From positions 163,742,001 to 163,806,000 of the forward strand of contig OZ024741.1 in NCBI GenBank assembly GCA_964016885.1: 64,000 nucleotides of DNA, given 5' to 3'. The position numbers and the translations under genes are program-made. This DNA comes from Eledone cirrhosa. Taxonomy: Eukaryota. A model generated the notes under the pieces. That model saw only the letters and a program-made list of their open reading frames with translations, was not told the origin of the DNA and ran no database searches. Shown here one piece after another: positions 47,563 through 60,774 of this stretch; the first letter of the stretch is position 1, and every line of letters starts with the position of its first letter.

Positions 47563-47605
47563 GTCACTGAAGAGATCACAGAATGTGTGACGAAAGAACT
47601 TTGAC
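47563..47605 (+). ncRNA. Minimal type I hammerhead ribozyme motif (mirror copy)
   Basis: gtca CTGAAGA gatcac agaatgt gtgac GAAAG aa CTT tgac. Confidence 0.68.
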
Positions 47606-47813
47606 AATATATGAACAACCATCTGGTTGTGGAACCAACCAACCAACCGGAAATTTATAAATTCTTAAATCTATAAATTCAATTTATAATAAATTGGAGT
47701 GAAAGCTACTGGTGCGTGTGTTTCTTATTGACAACATGACCCTCCCAAAGTATAACAATATCGGTTTCAACACAAGTTTTCAGATAAAGAATCTTGCTAA
47801 ACAAATTCAGAAA

Positions 47814-47937
<124 letters not shown>

Positions 47938-48705
47938 TAATTGGAGAGAGTGTTATTTCACAGAGATTTGGCTGCTATTTCTAGCAGTTAGAAATTTCAG
48001 TGGCTTCTTTGCCTTCACAATGTTTCGATTTATTGTTTGGAAAAACATTGTTTCTATATAAATTGCATTCGTCAGCAACTTAACAATTGGTATTTTTTTT
48101 TTTGTTTTGTTACTTTTTGTATAAGAATTTATCCAGAGGAAACTGATTTAAATAGATATATATGTTTCTGTAAGATTTATCGAAAGAAAGACCAAATTTT
48201 CTTTTTTAAGATATTTTTTCACTTCTATTTCGGAGAACAAAAAAGGCACTTGATTTAGAGAGCCTAACTAAAGCGATCGGCTTTTCATATGAAAAAGAAG
48301 TTTTACTCGTACAAGTCTTTTAGTAATAAAAATAAATGAATAAATAATATTGGAAATATTGTAATTATATTAATTCCAATCGATACTTATTGACTAGGAG
48401 AATAAAAGCAATTTTACAATTCAATATATAACAAAAGATACAATAATAAGTATTTGCTAAATTAGTTAAACATTTAAAATATCGGTTACCCTGTTGACTC
48501 CATCAGTCACATTATTCAGTGTAATGAATAAAAGAAAAACTTCAAGTTCTTGGCGAAGAAAGCAAATATCGATTTATGTTAATAGACGAGTGGAAAGGGA
48601 AACCTTGCTAAAGTAGTAAATTAAAACAAACATTGCACAATTTGGGTAGAACCGAAAAACATGATTTCTTTGAAAACTTTGACGCTCAAACACCCAAAAA
48701 GATTG

Positions 48706-48773
<68 letters not shown>

Positions 48774-48815
48774 AAAGAACACAAGAGCGTCTACAACATC
48801 AAACGATTTTTATTG

Positions 48816-48860
48816 GCTTACAATGTTTCTTCCTTACGTAACCGTAGGATTCGTCAGAGC
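48816..48860 (-). ncRNA. Minimal type I hammerhead ribozyme motif in a short unit between (TA)n tracts
   Basis: Minus strand: gct CTGACGA atcctacg gtta cgtaaggaa GAAAC att GTA agc. Confidence 0.68.
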
Positions 48861-48897
48861 TATAAAAGGGGTTTGATTGGTGTTAATATATATATGT

Positions 48898-48941
<44 letters not shown>

Positions 48942-49181
48942 AACGAGTTCCTATATACCATAACTAATAAGCTCTGTTCCTATTACCCACTCTACTACCC
49001 TAAGTATTGAGTACTTTGGTGCGTTATGGTCCACCTGGTTCCTTACCACATTTCCTTCGTTATATATATATATATATATATTATATATATTATATATATT
49101 ATATATATATATATTATATATATTGAAACAAAATGAAAACGAAATTTCATTTCTCACTCTTACATGCATACTTATATTATA

Positions 49182-49220
<39 letters not shown>

Positions 49221-49524
49221 TATATATATATATAATATATATATAATATATATATAATTTACATATATATGTTACATATATATATATATATTATATTTTA
49301 TATATATTATATAAATATATATATATTTTATATATATATATATATTATATATATATTTATTAAAATAACAGATTATATATTTGATATATATTTATCCTTA
49401 TCGAGCCCTCTTTGGATTTTAGTCTTCAAATTTATCATTATTACTATTATATATATTATCAAGAACGTGAATAATAAATAAATATATTATATATATATCT
49501 TATATACATATCTTCTTTATATGT

Positions 49525-49695
49525 CGGTAGATTGGCAGTATCGGTAGAGGGTCGGACGCCATGCTTTACGGCCCTTTATGGTTTGAGTTCAAATCCCGCC
49601 GACGTTAACTTTGCTTTTCATCCTTACGGGGTCGATAAAATAAAGTACCAGTAATATACTGCCTATTTGTTAGCCTTGTGCCAAAAGTAGAAACA
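49525..49695 (+). mobile_element. tRNA-type SINE
   Basis: ATTGGCAGTATCGGTAGAGGGTCGGACGCC...GTAGAAACAATTATT. Confidence 0.9.
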
Positions 49696-49712
49696 ATTAT
49701 TACTATTATATT

Positions 49713-49743
<31 letters not shown>

Positions 49744-49744
49744 G

Positions 49745-50068
49745 TGCAAATTTATACGGGAACAAAACAGAGAGGCAGACAAATAAAGGTTTACTAGGTT
49801 CACGCTTTTGAGAGTGGGGGGGCGTTTCGGGCATAAGCCCTTCTTCAGGAGGAAATAGGTTAGGAAGAGAGTTCAGAGGGTGTGTGGAAATACATTTAGA
49901 AAAACGGAGGAAGGAGAACAAATAGGAAAAATGGAAAAAAATAGGAAAAAATAACAAGCAAAGAAAAGGTTGTAGGGGAGTGTGGGGAGTGTGGTGGTCA
50001 CGGCGGATTAAGTCGGGGTTGAGCCGGTAGTAAAGGTAGTATTCCGAGGTGGTGTGGAGCCGTGTAAT
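49745..50068 (-). mobile_element. Penelope-like pLTR remnant with an incomplete hammerhead core
   Basis: Minus strand CTGAAGA a gggc ttat gccc GAAAC at 49824-49848; no cleavage triplet retained. Confidence 0.5.
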
Positions 50069-50524
50069 TATATACATATATTTAATATGAAATATCCGAG
50101 ACCCCAGTAGACAACTGATGAGGAACCGCCCCCCTACCCCACCCGTTCTTGCATTCTTCTTATTCTCACTCCATTTTAAGCTACCTTAAGTAGCAACCAC
50201 ACAGCCAATCCTATTCTCCATATATTTTATCATGTTTCGCTGTGACCTGTCTTCTCTCTCCTTCTACCTACCTATTTCATTACTATCAACTCTTACCCCT
50301 CTTTTTTCCTCTCCCTTTCTCCCTCTCACTTTCACTCATTCTCTCTCTTCTAGCCACCTCATTGTTTCCCTCGCCTGACCCTATAGCAGTTCTTTTCTTA
50401 CTTACATTCGCTGGGGTCAGTCGTGCCTTTTCATTCGTCCACACGGGTAGATATCTTGTCTTAAAAGCGTTAAAATACCCAAGACCCCCCAGTTCTTGCT
50501 TTCTTCTTATTCCATTTTAAGTTA

Positions 50525-50922
50525 TACTATATACATATATTTAATATATATTTATATATTATATATATATATATACTAAATATATATTATATATAAATAT
50601 ATTATATATATATTATATATATATATTATATATATATTATATATATATATTATATATATAATATATATATATTATATATATATATGTTATATATATATAT
50701 ATATTATATATAAATATTATATATAAATATTATATATATATATATACAAATATTATATATATATTATATATATATATTATATATATATATATACAAATAT
50801 TATATATATATATTATATATATATATTATATATATATTATATATATATTATATATAATATATAATATATATTATATATAATATATAATAATATATATAAT
50901 AATATATATAATAATATATATA
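50525..50922. repeat. Complex (TA)-based low-complexity tract
   Basis: Direct reading. Confidence 0.95.
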
Positions 50923-51112
50923 ATGAGGGACAGAGACCGCTGGAGAGAACTCGTCCATGGATCTCGGGAATTTTACCCGCCTTAGATAGATAGATATATA
51001 TTACATATATATATATATGAAGTATTTCCGTAGGAAAGGTACAGGAAAAGAGAGTGCTCTATGTAGGCTACAGAGCTTATTAGTTATGTAATTAACAACA
51101 TAAGATAATTAT

Positions 51113-51174
51113 TTCATTTACCAGTGGTTTCTTGAACGCAGATATTTATATCTGTCTTCAGTCGTCAGAATGAA
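51113..51174 (-). ncRNA. Type I hammerhead ribozyme motif
   Basis: Minus strand: ttcatt CTGACGA [long stem II] GAAACC act GGTA aatgaa; 6-bp stem I, GUA triplet. Confidence 0.75.
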
Positions 51175-51233
51175 TAAATAACATGGTATTTTTATTAAAT
51201 ATCTAGATATTTAATAAAAAAACACCATGTTAT

Positions 51234-51294
51234 TTATTCTGACGACTGAAGACAGATATACATATCTGCCCTCAAGAAACCACTGGTAAATGAA
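51234..51294 (+). ncRNA. Type I hammerhead ribozyme motif (mirror copy)
   Basis: ttatt CTGACGA ctgaagacagatatacatatctgccctcaa GAAACC act GGTA aatga. Confidence 0.7.
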
Positions 51295-51334
51295 ATAATT
51301 ATCTTATGTTGTTAATTACATAACTAATAAATAA

Positions 51335-51392
<58 letters not shown>

Positions 51393-51587
51393 ATTATATA
51401 CATATCTTCTTTATATACATATATATATATTATATATATTATATATATATATTATATACATATCTTCTTTATATACATATATATATATTATATATATTAT
51501 ATATATATATTATATACATATCTTCTTTATATACATATATATATATATAATATATATAAATATATACATATATATATATACATATCT

Positions 51588-54388
51588 TAAAAGGTCACTC
51601 TAACGAGGTTGTAGAAATGCTTGAACGTAAGGAGGTTGATGTTTGCTGTATCCAAGAGACCAGATGGAGGGGTGGGTCTGCTAGATTCATTGTGGTTAAA
51701 AAACGATGCTATAAGCTTTTCTGGGTGGGAAATGACAATGGGCTGGGTGGAGTAGGAATCATGCTAGCAGAAAAATGGGCAGATAAGATAATAGACCTAA
51801 ATATAGTGAACGACAGAATAATTAAAATAAGACTTGCCCTAAATAGAACTACTGTGACAATAATATCTGCGTACGCACCCCAATCCGGACTGCCCGGCGC
51901 TATAAAAGACAGATCCTATGAGTCATTAATGCTCACTACCTCCCAAATAACCGACAGTGACTACATAATTATTGCTGGCGACCTAAATGGTCATGTTGAA
52001 CAACATTGTGACGGCTATGACGGAATCCATGGAGGCTATGGGTTTGGTACTAGAAATGAGGAAGGCCCCAGAATCCTGGAATTCTGTGACGCAAATAACC
52101 TAACTATCTGTAACACAAACTTCAAAAAACGAGACAATCACTTGATCACCTATAGATCGGGGGAACACGCCAGTCAGATAGATTATATCCTTACCAGAAG
52201 ACGTGACAGAGTGTCTGGTGTAAACACTAAATCCCTCCCCCATGAAGAATGCACCTCCTAACATAGACTCATAGTTAGCGACCTCATAGTCAGGACAAGA
52301 CGTACTCGACAACAGAGGAGGACTATCCTCAGGAGAAAAATATGGAAACTAAAGGACCCCACAACCAGTAATAAATTTAAAAGCATAGTACTTGATGCTT
52401 TTGACAGAAAGGAAGAGCAATTAGAGTCGTACAATATAGAGGTACGGTGGGAATTCCTGAAAGCTAACCTGCTAAAGGCGACAGATGAAATCTGTGGCTG
52501 GAGCAGACCTATAGGCAGAAGGAGAGTAACGTGTTGGTGGAACAGTAAGGTGGAGGAGTCAATCAAGGCCCAAAGCAGGCTTGGAAATTATGGCGGGATG
52601 GGGGGAAGTAGAGAAGTCTATCAAGTGGCCAGGAGGGAAGCTAGGAGACAAGTGTACTTCGCAAGAAGGGAAGCAGAGGAAAGAAAATTCAAGCATGTTC
52701 TACAACGCGAGGACCAAAAACGTGAGGTGTTCAGGATTGCTAGGCAATGTGTCAAGGAAAACCGTGATATTGTCGGGGAGAAGTGTGTCCTTAATAATGA
52801 TGGTGTACTTGCCATCACTGACGCTGATAAGAAGGTAGCTTGGAAGTGTCACTACGAAAGGCTACTAAATGAGGAGAATAAATGGGAGAAAGACAGTCTG
52901 CCCCACATCGATCCAATAGATGGACTAGCAGTGCAAGTTGTAGGTAGTATAATAAGTAAGACAATCAAATATATGAAGACGGGCAAGGCGGCTGGGCCTT
53001 CGGAAATAGTTGCTGAAATGCTGAAAGCAACTGGAACGGTGGGACACACTATGGTCACCCGGATAGTAAACCAAGTCATACAGAATGGGGTCGTACCGAA
53101 GGACTGGCGTAGTAGCATCATCATTAACTGCTACAAGGACATGCTCTAGATAGAGGAAACTATAGAAGCATTAAATTAATTGACCAGGTCATGAAGGTCA
53201 CAGAAAAAGTAATAGCACAACTAATCAGAGAGCGAATTGATCTGGATGAAATGCAGTTCGGGTTTGTGTCAGGTAAAAGTACCACAGACGCTCTTTTCAT
53301 TGTACGACAACTACAGGAGAAGTACCTAGCTAAAGGTAAACCCCTATACTTAGCTTTTGTTGAATTGGAGAAAGCCTTTCACAGAGTCCCCCGTTCCATT
53401 ATCTGGTGGGCTCTTAGAAAACTAGGTGTAGATGAATGGCTTGTGAGAGCTATACAAGCCATGTATAAAGAAAGAGACAGCAAGGTTAGAATTAACAACG
53501 AATATAGTGAAGAGTTTAGCGTAAAAGTTGGTGTCCATCAGGGCTCTGTTCTTAGCCCCCTACTATTTATTATTGCCGTTCGGGCTATAACAGAGGAGGT
53601 CAAGACCGGCTTCCCATGGGAACTCCTATACGCTGATGATCTAACGCTTATAGCTGAATCAATGACTGAACTAGAGAAGAAATTTCAAACATGGAAGCAT
53701 GACCTAGAATCAAAAGGCCTTAAAATTAACCTGTCTAAGACTAAACTTCTAGTATGTAGGAAGGAAAATAGGGCACTGGTCCCATCTGGGAAATAGCCAT
53801 GCTCAGTGTGTAGGAAAGGAGTAGGCAGAAACTCCATTTTATGTCCCAAATGCAAAAGATGTAGTGGGATCACAGGTAAGCTAACTAAGAATATAGATTT
53901 TATATGTGGCCGGTGCTCAGGTGCAATAAGTAGCAGCAAGTGCCCACGGAATACTAGCTCATTCCATTGGACAGATGGTTCTCTAGAAATAGTGGACACC
54001 TTCCGTTACCAGGGTGACAAAATCAGCAGTGGTGGAGGGTGCTCTGAAAGTACAGTAGCTACAGTCAGAACGGGATGGAAAAAGTTCTGAGAGCTTATAC
54101 CACTATTGGCCGCTAAAGGTTTCTCTCTAAATATGAAAGGCAGGCTGTATGATGCCTGCATACGAACAGCAATGTTACATGGCAGTGAGACATGGGCATT
54201 GTGTGCAGAGGATCTACGCAGACAGGAGATGAACGAAGCTTGCATGCTCCGTTGGATGTGTAATAGTAATATACGTGAACGGCAAAGCATAAATGAACTA
54301 AGTGAGAAATTAGGAATAAGAGGGATCAGATTCTGTTTACTCGAGAGAAGACTACGTTGGTATGGTCACCTGATGCGCATGAAAGACG
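51588..54388 (+). mobile_element. RTE-clade LINE, near-complete decayed ORF (APE, RT, Cys-rich insert)
   Basis: VDVCCIQETRW, SAYAPQ, AGDLNGH, QIDYIL, MQFGFV, HQGSVLSP, LLYADDL, HGSETW, RRLRWYGH across ORFs 51617-54441. Confidence 0.9.
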
Positions 54389-54559
54389 GTCTTTCGGCAT
54401 CGGTTGAGTTGTTGCGAACACGTGGTCCGGATGTCTGGTGATCGTATTCCCAAGCAACCTCTCTACAGAGAACTGTGTGAAGGTATGTGGCCACAACACA
54501 AACCAAAAATGTGGTGCCGGGACTGTGTCAGTGACACCTTGGCTTATGCTGGATTTCTT

Positions 54560-55044
54560 CTGATGAATGGGAGAAAATGGTGAGGGGCGTGTGAAGTGGA
54601 GACGTTTGATCAAGTCAAGTAGTGAATTCTTTGAAATTAATCGAAGAGAACACCTAACACTGAAAAGGAAAGTGAGGAAAAGAGACTGTTCTGAACTGCC
54701 AGCTGTTGAGCATCATCTGGTTTGCCAGCAGTGTAGTCGAGTCTACCTGAGCAAAGTTGGTTTAATTAGACACGAACGGTCATATCAGTAGACCTCATGT
54801 AGATTATGATCTGAAAAGGTGTAAGGAATTTGGCAAGGAATGTACAAGCATGGGATGTCTTAAAAGACACATGAGAACACACAACCAGAACAAAGCAATG
54901 GAAAGTCCCAGAAGAGCCTACAGTTGTCATATGTGTGCTAGAGGGGCAAGTTTTTGGGTGGTTTAAAGAGCCACATCCGTCCCTCACATTTTTTAGCATT
55001 TTATCGGGCGATGAGAATGCTCGAACACGAGTTTGCAGCCATCA
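54560..55044 (+). mobile_element. 3' fragment of an RTE/BovB-like LINE with C2H2 fingers
   Basis: CQQCSRVYLSKVGLIRHERS; 3' end CTCGAACACGAG...GCAGCCATCAT then (TA)n. Confidence 0.65.
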
Positions 55045-55097
55045 TATATATATATTTACATATATATATATATAAACAGAGAGAGAGAGAGAGAGAG

Positions 55098-55281
55098 AGA
55101 AATGGTAACACAACAGTCATGCAGATCTTCAGCTCAGGCCAGTCCGAGCTGAAGATCCGCATAAGCTGAAACAATTGTTCTCGGTATGGGGAACTAACTG
55201 CTGTGTTACCATTTCTACCAAACTCTTCCCATGGACTGAGTGCTCTCCCACTACGGATATTACCTTCCAGTGTTCTACCAC
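55098..55281 (+). mobile_element. Second copy of the 37933 hammerhead element with a partial inverted arm
   Basis: ccgag CTGAAGA tccgcataagct GAAAC aatt GTT ctcgg at 55144-55184; (GA)n on the left and (CT)n on the right. Confidence 0.7.
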
Positions 55282-55329
55282 TCTCTCTCTCTCTCTCTCT
55301 GTACCAGTTGTGGGAATATAATATTCCCA

Positions 55330-55800
55330 CAACTGGTGCAGCCAGTCGTTGGGGTTTCTATTCTTCGTCATGCGTAGAATGGTCTCAGTGATGTGACCAG
55401 TCCACTCTTTGATGTTTTGGGACCAGGAGTTTCTTCTTTGCCTTCCTCTTCTTCGCCCTACCTAGACCGGGTTCAGAAGAATGGTTTTGCAAGTGCTTCT
55501 CAGTAAGAAGTCTAGTATTAAATACCTGCTCTGTTGTACTTCTTTTGAGCCTGAATCCTGTCTGTTCTTCTGCCAAGTTTTCTTTTACGCTTCCCTTAAG
55601 TATATTTAGAACTCATAGCAGTATTTTCGCTGGAGTGAAGAAATTGTTTGCCATACCTTCTGACGGTTAAAATGCCAGTGCCTTAATAAGTTTTGGCCCT
55701 TCATACTTTAGGAGATCTGATGGAATGTTATAGACTCCGGGGAGTCGGGACTACCATATTTAAGTATGTGCACCGCCTCTTTGAGTTCCTCCTGGAAAAT
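55330..55800 (-). mobile_element. RTE LINE remnant
   Basis: AEEQTGFRLKRSTTEQVFNTRLLTEKHLQ (55385-55576). Confidence 0.65.
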
Positions 55801-56047
55801 TGCAGTATTAGTTCGGTCAGAATCTAATGGAAGAAATTTGTAACGGATAAAACTCCATCGTAGGATAACATATACAACTATTCTGTATCGCCTTTTATAT
55901 GTGGAAGTGATGTTGATATGTTAATAAGGTCAGATAGGCTATTGTCATTTAGAATGTAGCGTGTTTGTGTAGATCATTCAAGAAGGAAAGATTGAATTGT
56001 TTGACAAGGACAGAAGCTAGCTCTATATCACATTATTTGAGATTGAT

Positions 56048-56229
56048 GTGGATTGGCAGTATCGGAAGAGGGTCGGACGTCATGCTTTGACGCATAGAGT
56101 TACGGCCCTTGCCATTCTGAGTTCAAATACCGCCGCGGTTAACTTTGCCTTTCATCCTTACAGGGTCGATAAAATGAAGTACCAGTAATTCACTGGGTTA
56201 TTGCTGGCCTTGTGCCAAAAGTAGAAACA
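56048..56229 (+). mobile_element. tRNA-type SINE with 16-bp TSD
   Basis: ATTATTTGAGATTGAT at 56032-56047 and 56230-56245. Confidence 0.92.
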
Positions 56230-56682
56230 ATTATTTGAGATTGATTTACTGGACACCATAATAATTATCACTTCCTTGCTGAATTGAAACGGACGTATAA
56301 GTTTAGTTCTTGACACATGTTCACTGATAATACTGAGTCAAGCGATGTGTCAAATTTCCTTAAAATTATACCCTATCGCCTTATATAATAATACTTTCGA
56401 GAATATAGGCTCTGCTATACTAAATTCATGGAATGTTTACGTCGGGAATGCTTTTGATCATACATTAGTCTGAAGCTAATCAACAACAATACCAAGAGAA
56501 GTCGAACAGTTGTTGGTATTTATTGGAAACTTAGAGGAATGAGAAAGAGATAGCCTGAATAACTGCAAAAGTACTCAATACGTTATTTAGATTATATATA
56601 TTTTGTTTATTAGGTTAACAACACTCTATATGTAACTGTAGTGCTCAGGTTTTGTATATGAGACTTATTGTCTTGTTTACAG

Positions 56683-56758
56683 GCAACTTGGACGTCAAAT
56701 TAACTACAAGAATTTCTCGTGCTGAACCAGGATTTTACGAGGTTTATAGTGACACAAG
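56683..56758 (+). CDS. Candidate internal exon of an unidentified host gene
   Basis: tcttgtttacAG acceptor and AAG|GTATGA donor; single open frame NLDVKLTTRISRAEPGFYEVYSDT. Confidence 0.3.
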
Positions 56759-57489
56759 GTATGACTGTGTGTTTATGTTGCAAGCACGTAGTTCTGGGTT
56801 TGATTTCACTGTAGAGTATAACAAAAACTCAATAAATGTGTTATAAAATTAAAATATAGATACAAAATGTTACATTTATTCCTGGTTAGAATGAGATTAC
56901 CGTGAAGATTCCCTGCGTGTATATGAATATTTCTAAAGCAAGCTTAAAGATATAAAAAGAAACCTACTATAGTAAATAAAGTATTTCTTATATTATTAAA
57001 ATTCGTTCAACTTTCTCTTCGAAATAGTTATCTTGGGGATAACTACTTCAGTGCGTCTTACACGTCTCAAAATTCCATAGAAATTATCTTCCTGGTGGCT
57101 ATCTGATAACATTTTTCATCCTCTGCCGTCTCCGGCCAGTGTCAACATATTTTGTAAAACACGGTGAAATTACAGTGGAGGTAAGCCAGGAGATGAGGCA
57201 GTGTTAAAACGACCACAATATTGTATAAGAGCTGATGAATTGTACGGCGATGCTCCTTGAATGAGTTCAAGATATTTTCCACATATTTTAACGTTTTACT
57301 AAAAGCCGATCGGTCATGAATCGTCCATTCCCCCCAAAAAACCTGTGTTCGACATTGAAGATGTTCGCTAAAATCTCGGTAGCAAATTTGTTAAGCATCG
57401 TGTAACATTTAATGTAAGCATGTTGCTTGAATTTGTGAGTTATTTCTAACACAGCACAAAGAACATCGCCTAATAACTGAACATACATA

Positions 57490-57690
57490 GCAGAGTGGGT
57501 TAGCAGAATTGATGTGAACAGAGTGACGGATAAAAGACGATATGTTTTGTCTTATTACATTCTGAGTTCACATCCTGTCGAGTTCAACTTTGTCTTTCAC
57601 CCTTTCGAGGGGAATAATATAAAGTACCAGTCAAGTACTAGGTTGGTTGATTTATCAACTTTTACTGAACATGTGCCTAAATGAGAAACT
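57490..57690 (+). mobile_element. Older SINE copy
   Basis: TTCTGAGTTCACATCC...CAACTTTGTCTTTCACCCTTTCG...AAAGTACCAGT. Confidence 0.65.
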
Positions 57691-58452
57691 AATAATTGAA
57701 CCTAAATGTTTAGTATGAAGCCTATTTGTAGACTGACACTATAAACTGCCTATCGTTGATCATTAGCTGAGAGGGCGTTTCTGTTGAGCAGTACTGTCCC
57801 ATAATATGTAACTCAAATGCGTTCTAACACAATGTTTTAGTGTATGTCTGTATGTGAACATATACTTTGTACACGTCTATATCATTCTTCTTTGAGACTT
57901 ACGTTCAAAATAAGCTTAAAAACATTATTTTTCCTCTCTGATAAATCAGTAATTTCCGGCCTTTGTAACGAGGATATTTGACTTCGGATATATAAAATAC
58001 TTATTCAACGTGAAGAAACAACAAAATATATAAAGAAGAATTACAAACTGCAGTTGTTCTGGTGGAAGTTCATTAATGCCTATGGGTACATTGTAATAAA
58101 AGAGAGAACGTCATGAGTTAAACATTTAACAAATATCTATTAAATACAAATGAAAGGGAAAACACAAGTATATATTTTTCCTAAAATCAAGATGATGCTA
58201 ATCAGGAAGATGAGGGGAAAATATGATAAAGTGATGATGCTAAAAAGAATGGAACGTAGATAATAAATATTAATATCTAACCTCTGTTCGCTCATAAATT
58301 GTAAATTTTACTTGTCGACAATCCAGAATTCACAAAATAAATGCATAAACACAAGTACGCCCATATATACGCATACACACAAACACACATAAACACACAC
58401 ATATATATATATATACACATTCAGAAACAGAAACACACACACAAACACACAC

Positions 58453-58492
<40 letters not shown>

Positions 58493-58796
58493 TCACGCAC
58501 AGAAACACACGCACATACACACACACACACAGATACACAAACAGAAATACAAGCATACAAGATTGTCATAGAAAACACTCACCTATAAATATTTATATAC
58601 AATCATCGACTTTTAGCCATAAAGAAGCTACTGTCCATTACTAAATCAAAACTACAACAAATGCATTATGTATTATACAGTAAAAAAAAAGCAAAATAAT
58701 TAAATTTCCTTCTACATATTCTTCTGCTTTTCCGCATATATTTTATACATATGTATATGTGTGTCTTTGTGAGCGTCGGTATACATATAGATATAG

Positions 58797-58922
<126 letters not shown>

Positions 58923-59099
58923 ATTAACTGACTGTTAATGATGCACTCCACAGTTACACAGGTTTTCAAACTCGTATGCTTTAAAACCCTGATTAATGAG
59001 ACAAGTTTATAAATGAAGGCAGAAGATATACTGTCCGCAGAGTATTCGTAACGCCAATTTTTATTTATCAAGGAAAATCACGTGGTTCAAATTGTAGAA

Positions 59100-60560
59100 G
59101 ACCTGAGGAATGGTGGCTACAATACAGTGATGTAAGGGAAATAACTTAGTCAAGGTATGTATTCATTAACAATAAAGAAGTCTTTTTTATCAATTAGCTA
59201 GTATATTTGCCATTTTGAAGGGTTGCAAAACTTATAGGAGAGAGGGAGGGTAAAATATACTCAAACTGGAAAGCCGACATGTTTGTTTGCAGCAGAGTAG
59301 ACTCCATGAAAATATTCAAATGTCAGGCCGTGGCGTTATTAAGTATTGCCTAGTATTCAATCTCCTAAGAATTTTCCGAAAGGACAGTTCTCAAATGATG
59401 ACAGTGAGACAATACTTCTGATCTCCTTTTCACATCACTGGCTGCTTCAGTATCTACATCTTCTCAATTAGACAAAGGCTACAGTTAGGCGATCGTTTGG
59501 ATTATTTTGTAATTAAATCGACAATGGTATGTTATTGAAGGACGTTCGGATTTCTGGTTTCAAAATTATGAAATGTATTAGCACCAGGATTATTTTATAA
59601 TTGTATCGACAGTAGTGTATTATTGAAAGACGTTCGGAGCTCTGGTGTCTACGTTATTAGATGTATTAGGACTGGGATGCGAGGTTTACCTGTTCTCTAT
59701 TCCAAAAATGTAAAGATATGGATGGCAAAGATTGTGAGGTGATTTATCATATAACCCGTGTAATTTCTTTTAACCTCATATAGTGATGTTAACCTTATTT
59801 GATATAGATCTCTCTTAGAAGGGCAGAACCCGCTAAGCAGATAGGTAGATCAATTTTGACACTTGTAAGTTGACTGTTGGGGAGGATACTGTGGAGGTGG
59901 TTTTTCTTTTCGATTACAGCATCTGAAATGTAATATTGTCTAAGCAATATGTTGGTGGAAGGTGTTGCCTTAAAAGTATTATGAAATACCTGACAATGCT
60001 TGCAATAGCATCCAAGCTGGATTTAGCTATTCTAATTTCCTCTTTCTATGTTATTCCTTGTTCGGAATTGGTCGGGTAGTACCCATATAAACTAGCATCC
60101 CCCCAAATATTCTTCTAGCAAAATAGTAACAAGGACTTACATCAATCGGTATTGTCAAGTGGTTCCATGATATTGAAAACAAAGCAAGCTCAATTTGATA
60201 TGGCAATTCAATTATACTTAATTCATTACTTCTTAATTCCCACAGGTTTGAGTGACAATTAACAGCAAGTTTGACATTAAGATAGCCATGAATGCTAGGA
60301 GTTCAGTGGTATATCATAATCATTCCTACATGATAAAAATAAGAGGACGACAATCATTTGTCCAGATTAGCTCTATTTCATAGCGAGCTATAATGGCGCT
60401 GTAGTGGTGAGTCGCATAATGTCTTATATCCAGAAAAGTTTTGATAACTCTTGTAAAGCAGCATTTCAATAAGCTTTTCAACGCATCCAATGTTAAGGTG
60501 GTCTGTTTTTACATTAGTAAGATCAGTTATTCTTGCCTGAACAATAGCGCTTCTCAGATC
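59100..60560 (-). mobile_element. Ancient L1-like LINE remnant
   Basis: Faint minus-strand traces (TLDA near 60490, SYMG near 60085) in L1 RT motif order; no open frame. Confidence 0.3.
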
Positions 60561-60590
60561 TCATGATACATTTGTTCTACTAGTCATAAT

Positions 60591-60774
60591 TGTTTCTACT
60601 TTAGGCACAAGGCCAGCAATTACCCAGTGCATTACTGGTACTTTATTTTATCGACCCCATAAGGATGAAAGGCAAAGTCAACCTCGGCGGGATTTGAACT
60701 CAGATCGTAAAGGGACGTAACTATGCTGGAAAGCATGGCGTCCGACCCTCTACCGATACTGCCAATCCACCGCC
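60591..60774 (-). mobile_element. tRNA-type SINE, close to consensus, 9-bp TSD
   Basis: AGTCATAAT on both sides; body nearly identical to 42861. Confidence 0.93.

Larger units (their letters stand above)
46866..47760. mobile_element. About 890-bp fold-back element (probable head-to-head Penelope pLTRs) between (TA)n tracts
   Basis: Ends TATTGTTATACTTTGGGAGGGTCATGTTG and CAACATGACCCTCCCAAAGTATAACAATA; centre TGTGATTTGTTTAGACAAATCACA near 47345. Confidence 0.8.
51078..51330. mobile_element. About 250-bp spacer-less palindrome carrying two hammerhead motifs
   Basis: Centre TTAAATATCTAGATATTTAA near 51204; ends TTATTAGTTATGTAATTAACAAC and GTTGTTAATTACATAACTAATAA. Confidence 0.85.

Noticed and set aside
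46979-47642. Paired hydrophobic ORFs on opposite strands as an Obelisk-like or membrane protein
   Set aside because: They mirror each other only because of the palindrome, use non-ATG starts and have low-complexity GT-rich composition.
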